From assembly GCA_964631415.1 (NCBI GenBank), contig CAZVZC010000012.1, positions 1-14,216 of the forward strand: 14,216 bases of DNA, read 5' to 3'. Of the stretch, positions 1 through 7,638 are shown one piece after another. Under the pieces are notes generated by a model. The model was given only the letters and a program-made list of their open reading frames with translations, had not been told where the DNA came from and searched no databases. The stretch's first letter is position 1, and every line of letters begins with the position of its first letter. The position numbers were made by a program, and so were the translations under genes. The stretch comes from an uncultured archaeon. Its GTDB lineage: Archaea > Asgardarchaeota > Thorarchaeia > Thorarchaeales > Thorarchaeaceae.

Positions 1-102
1 TGACTCGACACATTCCAGCCTCAAGGAGTACGACCCCAGTGCCGTTTCTGGGAGGGCAGAGACTCCTGTGTCCAACTCTGTCCAACTTACAATGAACGGT
101 TC

Positions 103-984
103 ATGGGCAGATTTCGGTCTGATCGGGTCTGTGAAGTAAGGGGAGAATGTGAAAACACGAGGACACCTGTTGTCACGTTGTCAGTGTTCTTCCTACTGAC
201 AGTCATAATCCCATTCATTGGAACGTACCAACCGATGGCGACAGGAATGAGTCCGGTTTTGGTTCGTCCTCCTCATATTCGATCTGACATTGACATAGCA
301 TCCTTCCCATCGTGTAGTGTCGAGATTCGAATTGACGGCGGGCCGCTTGGGTCCACACTGATTGGCGTAATCAAGTTCGGATTTGAACTCTAGCCCGAGG
401 AACCGGATTCTATGGGCATTGCATTCTGGGAGGTTTCAATGGGGATACAGAACGTGGCAATGACCGTTGATGCTGTGGGAGTTGGCAGCGATGAAATGAG
501 GGAGTACGTGTTTGCATACACCGATTGGGGGATGCTGTTTGACTGCTTCAAGTCACATGCTCCTGCAGCAGTGAGTGCTCGCAACAACTGACCTTGGACA
601 CCGGGCAGCAATATCGTTCGCTCCATCACAGAGAATTTGAATGAAACAGAGGCACAGCATCTGTTATTCGCAGGCCAGGTGATCGAGTATGAGAACCTCA
701 CGATACATTACGCTGACGGATCGAGGATTGTGTGCGGTCCGAAAGTGCTCACAGTAGGTGCTAACTTCACGCGCAGCAATGGTGCTTGGTCAGTCGATTA
801 CATACTTCAAGCGTCAGAAGACGAGCATGCGACACTGGAGGATGGCAGCGTCACGATTGTCATGGGAACCATGCCTGCTCTTCAATCTCAGTACTCGGCA
901 TTGTTGGTGGGAGCGCCTTTCGTGTTCGTTTCTGCTATCGTCTGCTTTCTCAGAAGGAGGAAACATACCACGGCTGTTTCCTGA
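103..984 (+). pseudogene. Interrupted cell-surface (glyco)protein gene: N-terminal hydrophobic/signal segment, extracellular domain, C-terminal TM anchor; two in-frame stops (TAG 391-393, TGA 589-591); true start uncertain
   Basis: ORFs 103..393 and 637..984 are in the same frame. The gap reads in-frame as protein-like sequence (PEEPDSMGIAFWEVSMGIQNVAMTVDAVGVGSDEMREYVFAYTDWGMLFDCFKSHAPAAVSARNN*PWTPGSNIVRSITENL). There is an N-terminal hydrophobic stretch VVTLSVFFLLTVIIPFIG and a C-terminal LLVGAPFVFVSAIVCFL+RRRK. N-glycosylation sequons NET, NLT, NFT are present. Confidence 0.6.
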
Positions 985-1115
985 GAACGGTCCACACTTC
1001 TCTCCTGCAGGCGAAACCTCGGCTTCTCCACTGCAGTCCTGTGCAGAACCGGAAGGCACGTGCAGGGGAAACTCTTTTGACCGAGGGGGCCGCAATGCAG
1101 GATGCGGTTGCCTAG

Positions 1116-1457
1116 ATGAGCATCACGGCGTCGAAATGCGAGAGATGTAACAGGGCCATTGTACCACCCAGGGCCATCTGTCCCTACTGCGGACCAAAGG
1201 CAGGTGACATGTCACGGATGAATGTCGGTGACGAAGGGACTGTCTTGAGCTACACACTCTCACAGATGCCTCCTGAAGGGTTCGACCCTCCAATCCTGCT
1301 GGCGCTTGTCCGATTACAGCACAATGCCGTTGTATTGTGTCTGGGCAATCCAGAGAATTCCTCCCGTATTGAGATAGATAAACGAGTAAGGGTCTATGTG
1401 GACGATGACGGCCGCTTCCACTTTTCTCCAATTGAGAGATCCAACGATAGCTTGTAG
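1116..1457 (+). CDS. DUF35-type Zn-ribbon + OB-fold protein (acyl-CoA-binding / thiolase partner family)
   Basis: CERC-x10-CPYCG zinc ribbon followed by OB-fold motifs GTVLSYT, PPEGF..P..LALVRL and IEIDKRVRV; 113 aa; lies next to an acyl-CoA dehydrogenase. Confidence 0.9.
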   Translation: MSITASKCERCNRAIVPPRAICPYCGPKAGDMSRMNVGDEGTVLSYTLSQMPPEGFDPPILLALVRLQHNAVVLCLGNPENSSRIEIDKRVRVYVDDDGRFHFSPIERSNDSL

Positions 1458-1571
1458 TCGGTCAGACCGGCAAACCATTTCGCCAGCAACCGAGGTGGAC
1501 CTGCTTTCGAATGACTGAATCACATATTGATTTAAGGAGGCACCTTCAGTCAACCGTTGGGTAACTCCGGC

Positions 1572-2735
1572 ATGGACTATCTAAGCACAGTATTCTGGAC
1601 TCAAGACGAAATCAAGTTCCGCGAGGAAGTACGCGCCTTCTGCGAGAAGGAGATAGCCCCGGTATCCGACAAGCTAGACAAGGCCCCGTACCCAAGAGAG
1701 CTCATTAGCAAGATTGGCAAGGCTGGCTATATGGGTGTCCATCACGAGAAGGCATCCGGCGGATCTGCTCGAGGTCTCTCCTATGAGACAATAGTAGCAG
1801 AGGAGATCAGCAGATGCAACGGTGGTCTGGACATGGCTCGGATGGCGTCTGCAACACTCTACGGCATGCCAGTGAGCAAGTTCGGAACGCTGGAACAGAA
1901 GAAGAAGTACCTCACTCCAATCATAAGAGGTGACAGGATCGGCTGCATAGGAATCACCGAACCTGATGTCGGTTCAGACACTGCTGGCATGAAGACGCGC
2001 GCCGAGAGGGATGACAATGAGTGGGTCATCACTGGGGAGAAACGCTTCATCACGAACGGCAGCCAGGCAGACTACATGTGCTGTTTTGCCATCACTGACC
2101 CCAAGGTTGACCCGAAGAGTGGTATGACCGCCTTCATCGTAGACACAAAGAGCAAGGGTTTCAATGTCGTGAAAGACCACGACCTGTTGGGAATGAAGTC
2201 CTCAAGGGTTTCTTGGCTGAGGATTGACCATGTCCGTGTACCTTCTGACATGGTATTGGGGTCGCCAGGTCAGGGCTTCAAGATCCTGATGGATGAGCTT
2301 GACAGTGAACGGACAGCCATTGCTGCGGAGGCAATCGGCTACGCCCGCATTCCGTACGAAACTGCAGTGAAGTACTCCAACGAGCGACAGCAGTTTGGCA
2401 AGAGGATCCGCGAGTTCGAGGGGGTGAGCTTCAAGATTGCAGACATGGCCATGAAGCTCGAAGCAGGCCGCGCACTCACTCTTACTGCCGCCCGAATGCT
2501 TGACAAGGGACTGAAGGCCACGAAGCAGGCGTCCATTGCGAAGCTCTACACAACGGAAGCCGCTGTGCAAATCACGAACGACGCTCTCCAGATTCTGGGA
2601 GGTTCCGGCTACACGACCGACTATCCGGTCGAACGGTTCCTCAGAGATGCTAGGTTGATGACAATAGGCGGGGGAACAGCTGAGATCCTGAGGTTCATAA
2701 TTCAACGCGAAGTGTTCAAGGAGTTCGAGCTGTAG
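1572..2735 (+). CDS. Acyl-CoA dehydrogenase (FAD-dependent, short/branched-chain-like family)
   Basis: Family motifs ITEPDVGSD, ITGEKRFITNG, LGMKSS, G.GFKILMDEL..ER, RQQFGKRI.EF, QILGGSGY, VERFLRDARLMTIGGGTAEI. ATG at 1572 is preferred; TTG at 1557 is an in-frame alternative. Confidence 0.96.
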   Translation: MDYLSTVFWTQDEIKFREEVRAFCEKEIAPVSDKLDKAPYPRELISKIGKAGYMGVHHEKASGGSARGLSYETIVAEEISRCNGGLDMARMASATLYGMPVSKFGTLEQKKKYLTPIIRGDRIGCIGITEPDVGSDTAGMKTRAERDDNEWVITGEKRFITNGSQADYMCCFAITDPKVDPKSGMTAFIVDTKSKGFNVVKDHDLLGMKSSRVSWLRIDHVRVPSDMVLGSPGQGFKILMDELDSERTAIAAEAIGYARIPYETAVKYSNERQQFGKRIREFEGVSFKIADMAMKLEAGRALTLTAARMLDKGLKATKQASIAKLYTTEAAVQITNDALQILGGSGYTTDYPVERFLRDARLMTIGGGTAEILRFIIQREVFKEFEL

Positions 2736-2774
2736 GACGATAACCTGGCACCATGTCTGTGTAGAGAATAGAAC

Positions 2775-2797
2775 GTGAAGGGGATAGACCCCTTCAC
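2775..2797. terminator. Perfect 9-bp hairpin between convergent genes (probable terminator)
   Basis: GTGAAGGGG-ATAGA-CCCCTTCAC lies immediately after the stop of the minus-strand gene (2800) and is followed on the minus strand by pyrimidine-rich GTTCTATTCTCT. Confidence 0.65.
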
Positions 2798-2799
2798 AC

Positions 2800-4578
2800 C
2801 TAGTTCTTCACAATAGCCATTATGCGGAACTGACTATCAACGACGTGTATTGTGGCGGTGAAGCTGTCCCCAATACCCAAGTTCAGCAGTGTGTACCAGT
2901 CCGTGAGGTTCATCCAAGAGCGTGTTCCCTCAACGTACCAGCATGTCGAGTTGTCTGTTCCAAGGACTATGTGGGTGTAGCCGCGCTCGACATACTGCGT
3001 CTTGTTCACGACATTGGCAGTCAGTTCGAATGTGTCCACGGGTACCAGTACAGTTCCTCCTAGAAGTGTGACGTAGCCAACCCGTGCCGCCTGCACGAGG
3101 GTCGGTCCTGACAACGACCCGCCCAGTTCTTGAATGTAAAACTTGTCTACGTTACTGGCGTCAACAAGTGCAAGAGCATGGAGTCTCATGTCTGAAACAG
3201 AAAACTCACCGGATTCTTCATCATAGTAGCCATCTGCCCAGTAGATGGGGCAATACCACGTCCACTTCGTCAGTGTGGAGTTGATCTCCACCGGGTAGAG
3301 CAGCGGCATCGCACCATAGTAGCTGCCGGTGGCAGGAAGCGGCAATTGACTGATGACGTTGGCCTTTGCAGCCTCTCCACTGACATATCCATATGAACTC
3401 AGGTCATAGTAGTAGACTGCATTGCGCGTAGCCCTGAAGATGCCAGCTAGGGCTTGGGCACTTGTCACAGGGTGGACTGCGATGAATGCCTCGACTGTCT
3501 GAGTGTCAGGGTTCAGGATGTAGCGTGTGTCCTCAGAGATTTCCAGACGGTCGCTTGATGGGGGCACGAACCAAAGGAAGCCGCCAGCGAAGAGGTCAAA
3601 GCCCGTTCCTCTTCTGTAGCCGCCCCATCTGCTGACCTGTCGCTCAAGCCACTCCTCTGCATATGCCTGAGTAATCCAGTAGGGCGTGTCCTGTATTGAA
3701 TCGTAGCTAACAATACTTCCGTTCTCGCAGTAGACGATTGGTCCGATTGCACGTTCCACGAAGTCAAACCCGAGAGGCGTCCTAGTCTGGACATACACCA
3801 TGTTTCCTGTCGGGTCCCATGTTGGATATGCGTACTGATATGTGGCAGACATGTCATTCAGGTAGTTTCCAAACTGGATGTTCCTGTCCCAGAAGAGTCC
3901 CTCGCCAACGGGTATAGTTGTCTGATTGATGAGCACAGGGCTAACTGTCTGTGGGTTGTTGGCGTCCACAATGATGAACCCCTTGATGTAGTTCTGTGCA
4001 AGCACGTTTGACGAAATTATCGTGCAGACCCACACGAGTCTCCCGAGCCGGGTTGTGATGTGTGCCGATGCAACGACCGCATTGGAGCCAAAGGGTGACA
4101 GATGCTGTTTAGCCACGTAAGTCGCGTAGTCCTCTGTCACGAGTCTGACTCTGTCGTCCGGAATGGGGGCGGAGAAGAGAGCATCATCCTTCTCCTGAAT
4201 CATTGAGTTGAAGAAGGTGGCGTTCGACACATCCGATGTCCAAGATATCAGTCCTGAGAACGATGGTACGACAAGTATTATGATCATGCCGACGCAGATC
4301 ACAGGAAGCTTGATCCCTTCGAATCCCCGCCCAAACCGACTGGGCCGAAAGCCGCCCGACACAACCAGAAGCAGACCGAAGCTGAACAACAGGCTGAGTA
4401 CTGCCCAGGGCAGAGTAGCCGCCATGACTAGGCATATCATGATCCATGCAATCGTGGCCCAGACAAGCCTGAGAGGAAGCCATCTGATGAGTCGGCCCAT
4501 TCTCAGCATGTCAGATGAGAAGGGAATCGGAATCGAGTGCACTAGGAGAGCGATTAGAAGAAAGAGCAACACATTCAT
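2800..4578 (-). CDS. Uncharacterised membrane protein: about 4 N-terminal TM helices plus a ~480-aa extracellular domain ending in an OB-fold-like region
   Basis: 592-aa ORF with GGTGA SD before the ATG. The first ~110 aa are hydrophobic and the remainder is aromatic-rich, with 7 N-X-S/T sequons (NAT, NQT, NGS, NST, NKT, NST, NLT). Confidence 0.85.
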   Translation of the reverse strand: MNVLLFLLIALLVHSIPIPFSSDMLRMGRLIRWLPLRLVWATIAWIMICLVMAATLPWAVLSLLFSFGLLLVVSGGFRPSRFGRGFEGIKLPVICVGMIIILVVPSFSGLISWTSDVSNATFFNSMIQEKDDALFSAPIPDDRVRLVTEDYATYVAKQHLSPFGSNAVVASAHITTRLGRLVWVCTIISSNVLAQNYIKGFIIVDANNPQTVSPVLINQTTIPVGEGLFWDRNIQFGNYLNDMSATYQYAYPTWDPTGNMVYVQTRTPLGFDFVERAIGPIVYCENGSIVSYDSIQDTPYWITQAYAEEWLERQVSRWGGYRRGTGFDLFAGGFLWFVPPSSDRLEISEDTRYILNPDTQTVEAFIAVHPVTSAQALAGIFRATRNAVYYYDLSSYGYVSGEAAKANVISQLPLPATGSYYGAMPLLYPVEINSTLTKWTWYCPIYWADGYYDEESGEFSVSDMRLHALALVDASNVDKFYIQELGGSLSGPTLVQAARVGYVTLLGGTVLVPVDTFELTANVVNKTQYVERGYTHIVLGTDNSTCWYVEGTRSWMNLTDWYTLLNLGIGDSFTATIHVVDSQFRIMAIVKN

Positions 4579-4684
4579 CAGGAGTTCACCCGGACTATAC
4601 AGACTCTAAGCAGGCTCTCGACAACCCCTTTTAGCGTTTTTGTCTTGCCAAGATATCGACGTGATGAAGCCACGTGCCCCCTGA

Positions 4685-5194
4685 CTACTTCTGCTTCTTC
4701 TTGCGATACCTAGGAACTGCGCCGCCTGCCCGCAGAATCTCGAGCATCAACCGGGGCAATGGCTGGCCATGGAAGACTTGGCCTGTTTCGACTACTGAAA
4801 CAGTGCCCTTGACGAGGTTTATCTCCAGAGTCATGCCATTCTTAGCCGAATTAGTGATGTCCGGCACGATAAGAGCGGGTAGTCCGATGTTAATCGCATT
4901 GCGGTAGAACAGCCGTGAAAAGGACTCTGCGACAACACATCCGACTCCCAGCTCCAGCAACACATGAGGGGCTTCCTCCCTTGATGATCCGCCCCCGAAG
5001 TTCTCACCGGCCACCACGATGTCTCCTCTTCTTGCGTTCCCAGCGAACTCAGGCCGGGGAATCTCGAGGGCGTGTTTTGCCATCTCGGAGTAGTCCAGTA
5101 TTGTCAAGTACCGGCCTTGGATGATTTGGTCTGTATCCACGTTGTCACCGAAGAGCCATATCCTACCACGAAGAACCCCCGACGCTTTTGGCAT
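4685..5194 (-). CDS. leuD: 3-isopropylmalate dehydratase / homoaconitase family small subunit (LeuD/HacB-like)
   Basis: Motifs GDNVDTDQII.GRYL, GDIVVAGENFGGGSSREEAP, AESFSRLFYRNAINIGLP and ILRAGG. The start (ATG 5194 or GTG 5197) overlaps the large-subunit stop (GTGATG). Confidence 0.93.
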   Translation of the reverse strand: MPKASGVLRGRIWLFGDNVDTDQIIQGRYLTILDYSEMAKHALEIPRPEFAGNARRGDIVVAGENFGGGSSREEAPHVLLELGVGCVVAESFSRLFYRNAINIGLPALIVPDITNSAKNGMTLEINLVKGTVSVVETGQVFHGQPLPRLMLEILRAGGAVPRYRKKKQK

Positions 5195-6471
5195 CACCTG
5201 GCCCTCCTTGGATCAGTGATTACTCCTTCTATGGCACTGGCAGCTACCGTTGCAGGCGAAGCAAGATAGACCTTGGAGTCAGGATGCCCCATTCTTCCTC
5301 TGAAGTTCCTGTTAGTGCTTGATATGCAGGTTTCCCCGGGGCCTAGCACTCCTAAGTGTCCGCCAACGCATGCGCCGCACGTCGAGTTAGTGACGACTGC
5401 CCCTGCCAGAACGAAGGTTTCGAGGTATCCGGCCCTGAGCGCCTGAAGATATGTATGCCTGCTGGCTGGCGTGATGACCATCCGACAACCTGCATGCACT
5501 CTCTTTCCTTCCAAGATACGGGCCGCAATCTCAAGGTCTTCCAGTCGACCGTTTGTACAAGAGCCAATGAACGCTTGGTCTATGGGCACTCCCTCGACCT
5601 CTGATACAGGTCTTCCATTCGCAGGACTGTGAGGTAGCGCGACGATTGGGCCCAGGGGTTCTGAATCGAGGTCGATCTCTATCGTTTCCAAGTATTGTGC
5701 GTCTGCGTCAGGCAGTGTGGGAGTCCACCGCGCTGAGGGAGCGTGGGTGTTGACCCAGTCCCTTACAGCATCATTCACCGTCATGATACCGCACTTGGCC
5801 CCTGCCTCGACAGTCATGTTGCACATCGTCATTCTCGAGGCCACAGACATCGAGTCGATCGTCGGGCCATGGAATTCAATCGACCTGTAGTTTGCGCCAC
5901 TGGCTCCAAGATCAGATACAATCTTCAGTATGAGGTCTTTACTCATGACCCTCTCCGGGAGTCGTCCTGTTGTTTCAATTCTGATCGACTCCGGTACTCT
6001 GAACCAACACTTGCCAGTGGCTAGGATGATAGCACTATCTGTCGCTGCGAGACCAGTCGAGAACGCATTGAAGGCTCCATAGGTCGTCGAATGCGAGTCA
6101 CTCCCTATTACAAGGTCCCCTGGTTTGACCAGGCCCATCTCAGGAAGTACCTGATGGCATATCCCACAGTCAACGTCGCAGAAGTGGCTAATCCCCTGCT
6201 GCTTCACGAAACGCCTGTTCCTGATGTGTATCTCAGCACTCTGCGTGTCTGAGGCTGGGGCCCAATGGTCGTTGACCACCAGAATCCTTTCTGGGTCCCA
6301 CACCTTCTCAACTCCCATCTCCTCAAGCACTGACAGGATCCTTGAGCCCAATACCTCATGTACCATCAGCAGGTCAACGGATGCGTCGACAATCTCTCCT
6401 GCCGAGGCCAGTCCCGCCTCAGTATGGCTGCCCAGCAGTTTCTCGGCGAGGGTCTTACCCAGCTTTCTCAC
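5194..6471 (-). CDS. leuC: 3-isopropylmalate dehydratase / homoaconitase family large subunit ([4Fe-4S], LeuC/HacA-like)
   Basis: Motifs DH, GICHQV, GSDSHSTTYGA, NMTVEAGAK, FIGSCTNGRLEDL and CGACVG (three Fe-S cysteines in total), STNRNFRGRMG, YLASPATVAASA. The GTG start overlaps the dehydrogenase stop (GTGA). Confidence 0.95.
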   Translation of the reverse strand: MRKLGKTLAEKLLGSHTEAGLASAGEIVDASVDLLMVHEVLGSRILSVLEEMGVEKVWDPERILVVNDHWAPASDTQSAEIHIRNRRFVKQQGISHFCDVDCGICHQVLPEMGLVKPGDLVIGSDSHSTTYGAFNAFSTGLAATDSAIILATGKCWFRVPESIRIETTGRLPERVMSKDLILKIVSDLGASGANYRSIEFHGPTIDSMSVASRMTMCNMTVEAGAKCGIMTVNDAVRDWVNTHAPSARWTPTLPDADAQYLETIEIDLDSEPLGPIVALPHSPANGRPVSEVEGVPIDQAFIGSCTNGRLEDLEIAARILEGKRVHAGCRMVITPASRHTYLQALRAGYLETFVLAGAVVTNSTCGACVGGHLGVLGPGETCISSTNRNFRGRMGHPDSKVYLASPATVAASAIEGVITDPRRAR

Positions 6472-7628
6472 CCCTGACTTCCGATTCTCTTCACAGTCTC
6501 TGCAATGCGGGTCCCAACCTCGTCTGTCGATGAGGGCTTGACACTCGCCCAGGGACCCAGACAGAGATCATAGGTCCGGACTTTTCCATCTTTGAGGACC
6601 TTGGCGACTGATTCTCTGATAATTCGGGCCGCCTCCAGACAGCTGCGGTCTCGACGCCGGGAGCCCAGCCAGTCCAGCATCATGCCAGCAGCCAAGATTG
6701 AGGCTACAGGGTTTGCGTCGTTCTTTCCGTAGTGCTTTGGTGCCGAGCCGTGCACGGGCTCGAATACTCCATGTTTGTCGCCTACGTTGCCTGCGGGGGC
6801 CACACCGAGGCCTCCTTGAATTGCTGCTCCAAGGTCCGTTATTATGTCACCAAACTCGTTCGGAGCCACCACCAAGTCATAGTACTCGGGTTTCCTCACA
6901 CACCACTGAGTCCAAGCGTCTACGTAGGAGTAGTCTCTCTGCACTTGAGGGAACTGGTCCGCAACCTGATTGAAGACCTCTCTGAAGAGCTGACATCCAG
7001 CCAAGAGATTGCTCTTGTCTACACACGTGACTCTTCTCACGCCGTCTACTGGGGCTCCGTTCCTGATCATCGCCTGCTCGAATGAGAGCTTCACAACCCT
7101 CTCGGAGCCTTTTCTTGTGATGATGCGGACGTCCACTGCCATCTCCTTCGACCCTCCCCTCGAAAAGCTACCCCGTATCGGGGCATACAAGCCCTCGGTG
7201 TTCTCTCTCACTATGACCATGTCTATGTGTCTGTGGTCCTTATCTGCGAGTGGCGTCGGTACTCCCTGATACAGCTTAACAGGACGCACATTTGCATACA
7301 GGTCTAGGTCCATTCTCAGGCCTATGACAATGCTGTAGCCGGCCAGATTCCCGTCCGGAAGTCTTACCGTTTCGCCATCTGCCCCTGCAGCTCCGACCGC
7401 GCCCAGCAGCACTGCGTCGGCCTCATTCTTGACGAAGGTTTCTGCCTCTTTCGACCACTCACGTCCAGCGGTCAGGTAGTATTCTCCTCCACACTCGAAT
7501 TCATGCTTCTCAAGGCGCAGCCCACTGACAGTTTCCTCTGCCGCTTCAAGAACTCGTGTGGCCTGAGGTATTACCTCGCGTCCTATTCCGTCACCGGGCA
7601 GCACAGCGAGCTTGTACTTCCGAGTCAA
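6468..7628 (-). CDS. Isocitrate/isopropylmalate (beta-decarboxylating) dehydrogenase family protein, predicted NADP-preferring; substrate uncertain
   Basis: Motifs LPGDGIGREV, LLGAVG, LR..LDLYANVRP, IVRENTEGLY, VDKSN, FGDIITD, FEPVHGSAP, ANP and RTYDL. TTG start preceded by a GGTGGTGA SD. Confidence 0.93.
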   Translation of the reverse strand: MTRKYKLAVLPGDGIGREVIPQATRVLEAAEETVSGLRLEKHEFECGGEYYLTAGREWSKEAETFVKNEADAVLLGAVGAAGADGETVRLPDGNLAGYSIVIGLRMDLDLYANVRPVKLYQGVPTPLADKDHRHIDMVIVRENTEGLYAPIRGSFSRGGSKEMAVDVRIITRKGSERVVKLSFEQAMIRNGAPVDGVRRVTCVDKSNLLAGCQLFREVFNQVADQFPQVQRDYSYVDAWTQWCVRKPEYYDLVVAPNEFGDIITDLGAAIQGGLGVAPAGNVGDKHGVFEPVHGSAPKHYGKNDANPVASILAAGMMLDWLGSRRRDRSCLEAARIIRESVAKVLKDGKVRTYDLCLGPWASVKPSSTDEVGTRIAETVKRIGSQG

Positions 7629-7638
7629 CGTTCACCAC

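Noticed and set aside
391-393. Genome-wide TAG-to-pyrrolysine reassignment
   Set aside because: Well-conserved genes here (ACAD, LeuD-like, PHP) end in TAG at about their normal family C-termini.
390-1150. Overlapping ORFs 390..701(-), 758..1150(+), 786..1115(+) and 814..1095(-)
   Set aside because: They have no recognisable motifs and overlap the better-supported frame-1 surface protein. I see no thiolase remnant upstream of DUF35.
1459-1469. Palindrome CGGTC-A-GACCG just after the DUF35 stop
   Set aside because: The arms are only 5 bp with a 1-nt spacer and no U tract, which is compatible with chance.
6468-7628. Assigning the symbol leuB or icd
   Set aside because: The cofactor and substrate-loop residues match neither canonical IPMDH nor IDH.
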